Positions 62,370 to 64,000 of a stretch of DNA of 64,000 bases are shown here, in pieces (within the stretch, counting starts at the first letter, position 1; every line of letters starts with the position of its first letter). This DNA comes from Collinsella sp. (GTDB lineage Bacteria; Actinomycetota; Coriobacteriia; Coriobacteriales; Coriobacteriaceae), in assembly GCA_031294825.1 (NCBI GenBank), contig JAUMPM010000067.1, positions 24,201 through 88,200 of the forward strand. The letters are read 5' to 3'. Below the pieces are notes generated by a model. The model was not told the origin of the DNA. It was given only the letters and a program-made list of their open reading frames with translations, and did no database searches. A program made the position numbers and the translations under genes.

Positions 62370-64000
62370 GTGCGACCGAGCGCGAGCATGTGATGCCTCC
62401 GCGGCCCCTGATTCCGTGGACGATGGCCCTGTGTGCCGGTATGTGCATAAGCTGCGCCTTGGTGCTCAACGTGGCCGCTGATGCGCTGCTGAGGGAGCGG
62501 GCGCCGGCGGTCGGGCCGCTATGGACCATTCCCGTTGCGGCGGCGGTGTTCGTTGTGCTGGCTCAATCCTGTGCGCGGCTTGCCCCTTGGAAGCGGTGGC
62601 TGTATGCCGCGTCCGTCGGTCTCGTGGCGGGAGCGGTCGTCTCGGCGTGGTGGGCTGTGGGCACGCTAGGCGCCTCGAAGGCGCTCGACGGTCGAGCGGC
62701 AAGCAGCCTCGAGTTTGTCATGCAGGGTGATCCATCCATAAACGACGACGTGTATTCCTATACCTGCGAGGCACGCGCGGACGGTAAGAACTTGGCAACG
62801 GTTCGCCTATCGTGTGACCGCGAGCTCAAGGTCGGGGCGCACGTGCGTGTTATCGGTCGCGTTTCACGTTTTGAGAACGATGCATATGGACGATCGCGCG
62901 TGTTCCGAGGCGAGGTGCGCAAGGTTCAAGCCGTTCGGATTGTGCCGGTCGATGAGGGCTCTCCGGGGCCGCTGCATCGGCTGCGAAATGGGCTGCTAGC
63001 GTCCATCGCGCCTGCGACCGACCCGGCGCGTGCGCTCATAGCCGGTGTCGTCTGCGGTCGTTCGGCCGAGCTGCGCGCCCAGCCGGCGGGCGACTGGTTT
63101 TCGGTGACGGGAACGGCGCATCTTATCGCCGTCTCGGGCAGCCATTTGGCTATCGTGGGGTTTGTAATCGAGGGTGTATTGCAAAAGACTCGGTGCTCAC
63201 GTGGTCTTCAGCGGGCGATATTGGCGATAACGCTTGTGGGCTACGCTGTCTTTACTGGCGCGTCTCCCTCGGCCGTGCGCGCGTGCTGCATGGTGTTCGC
63301 GACGCTTGTCGTAAACGGCGCGGGGCGTCGCCGGCACGGCGCATCGGCACTCTTCGTAACCATGTCCATCTTTGTGCTACTGCGGCCGACGGTGCTGTTC
63401 GAGATGGGCTTTCAGCTTTCATGTGCCAGCGTCTTAGCCATTCTGTGCTTTTGTCCCTATGCGACCTACGCTTTGGGTGAGCTAGGTGTGCCATCGGGCG
63501 TTGCCAGTATGCTTTCCGTCACGCTGTGCTCGCAACTGGCGACACTTCCCATTACCATTCCTGCATTCGGTACGTTCTCACTCATTGCTCCGTTGGCAAA
63601 TGCGGTCATCGATCCGGTGGTGAGCGTACTGCTTGCTGTGTCGATCGTGCTGGTTCCCTTTTCGCTCGTGGCGCCGTTGCGGACTTGGGCGCTCGTTGTG
63701 CCCATGATTGCCGCCCGTTGCGCGCTGTTCTTCGAGCAGCTGTTTGCCGCCGTGCCGGGTGCATCCGTGAGTGTGTCGCCCGATAGCGTGTGGATTTACT
63801 TGGTGCCGTGTTTGCTGGCGGTTCTGCTGGTCTGGTGGCCGCGTCCCCGTGCACGTCCTATGGCGGTGGGGCTTGCATGCCTGGTGCTCTTGGCTGCGAT
63901 TCCGTACGTCTACTGGGATCGATTCGCTCCGCCTTCGGTGACGGTGCTCGATGTGGGCCAGGCGGATGCGATTCTTATCCGCCAGGGCGACGCAGTAGCA
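62366..64000 (+). CDS. comEC: Competence channel protein ComEC/Rec2, 3' end cut by window edge
   Basis: Hand translation is open from ATG 62366 (ATGA overlap with comEA) to the window end. TGTAHLIAVSGSHLAIVG competence-domain motif, many TM helices, and the start of the metallo-beta-lactamase domain VTVLDVGQADAILIRQGD. Absent from the ORF track because no stop is reached. Confidence 0.9.
   Translation, partial: MSATEREHVMPPRPLIPWTMALCAGMCISCALVLNVAADALLRERAPAVGPLWTIPVAAAVFVVLAQSCARLAPWKRWLYAASVGLVAGAVVSAWWAVGTLGASKALDGRAASSLEFVMQGDPSINDDVYSYTCEARADGKNLATVRLSCDRELKVGAHVRVIGRVSRFENDAYGRSRVFRGEVRKVQAVRIVPVDEGSPGPLHRLRNGLLASIAPATDPARALIAGVVCGRSAELRAQPAGDWFSVTGTAHLIAVSGSHLAIVGFVIEGVLQKTRCSRGLQRAILAITLVGYAVFTGASPSAVRACCMVFATLVVNGAGRRRHGASALFVTMSIFVLLRPTVLFEMGFQLSCASVLAILCFCPYATYALGELGVPSGVASMLSVTLCSQLATLPITIPAFGTFSLIAPLANAVIDPVVSVLLAVSIVLVPFSLVAPLRTWALVVPMIAARCALFFEQLFAAVPGASVSVSPDSVWIYLVPCLLAVLLVWWPRPRARPMAVGLACLVLLAAIPYVYWDRFAPPSVTVLDVGQADAILIRQGDAVA

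Overview
High-GC (roughly 60% by eye) chromosomal core segment. Gene order matches the conserved actinobacterial backbone: rpsP-KH-rimM-trmD ... rplS-rnhB-yraN-comM-dprA-xerC-rpsB-tsf-pyrH-frr-uppS-cdsA-dxr-rseP-ispG-proS, then pyrR-pyrB-pyrC-...-pyrF-mihF-gmk-rpoZ. Firmicutes-like additions are trmFO, glyQS, adhE and ppdK. I infer a Coriobacteriia-like (Collinsella/Olsenella-type) anaerobe; this is inference only. I support about 61 protein-coding genes, 57 of them on the + strand. They include a 5'-truncated P-type ATPase, the rod-shape cluster mreBCD-mrdA-rodA, a radical-SAM/DUF2344 pair, rplU-rpmA-obg-nadD-yqeK-rsfS and dinB. Further along are lepB, glyQS, PDRP+ppdK, the translation/isoprenoid/lipid block, adhE, rpmB, a pyrimidine operon, thiI, and comEA plus a 3'-truncated comEC. 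I saw no rRNA, tRNA, CRISPR array, prophage or recognisable defence island, so this is mostly an ordinary housekeeping region. The only clearly accessory element is a Y1/HUH (RAYT-like) transposase gene bracketed by 2+2 inverted REP-like repeats between adhE and rpmB. The best candidates for undescribed biology are conserved unknowns embedded in core operons. These are the TIGR03960/TIGR03936-type radical-SAM pair, a P-loop-less DUF697-like protein after rodA, two single-pass membrane proteins (Zn-ribbon and TPR) before mreB, and the yraN-comM-dprA coupled trio. Several cis-element oddities are also worth a look: phased TTTACC repeats upstream of ppdK, xerC lacking a canonical start codon for its conserved N-terminus, and an internal hairpin in the pyr operon. 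All functional calls rest on motif recognition by eye and on synteny. No database search or folding computation was run.
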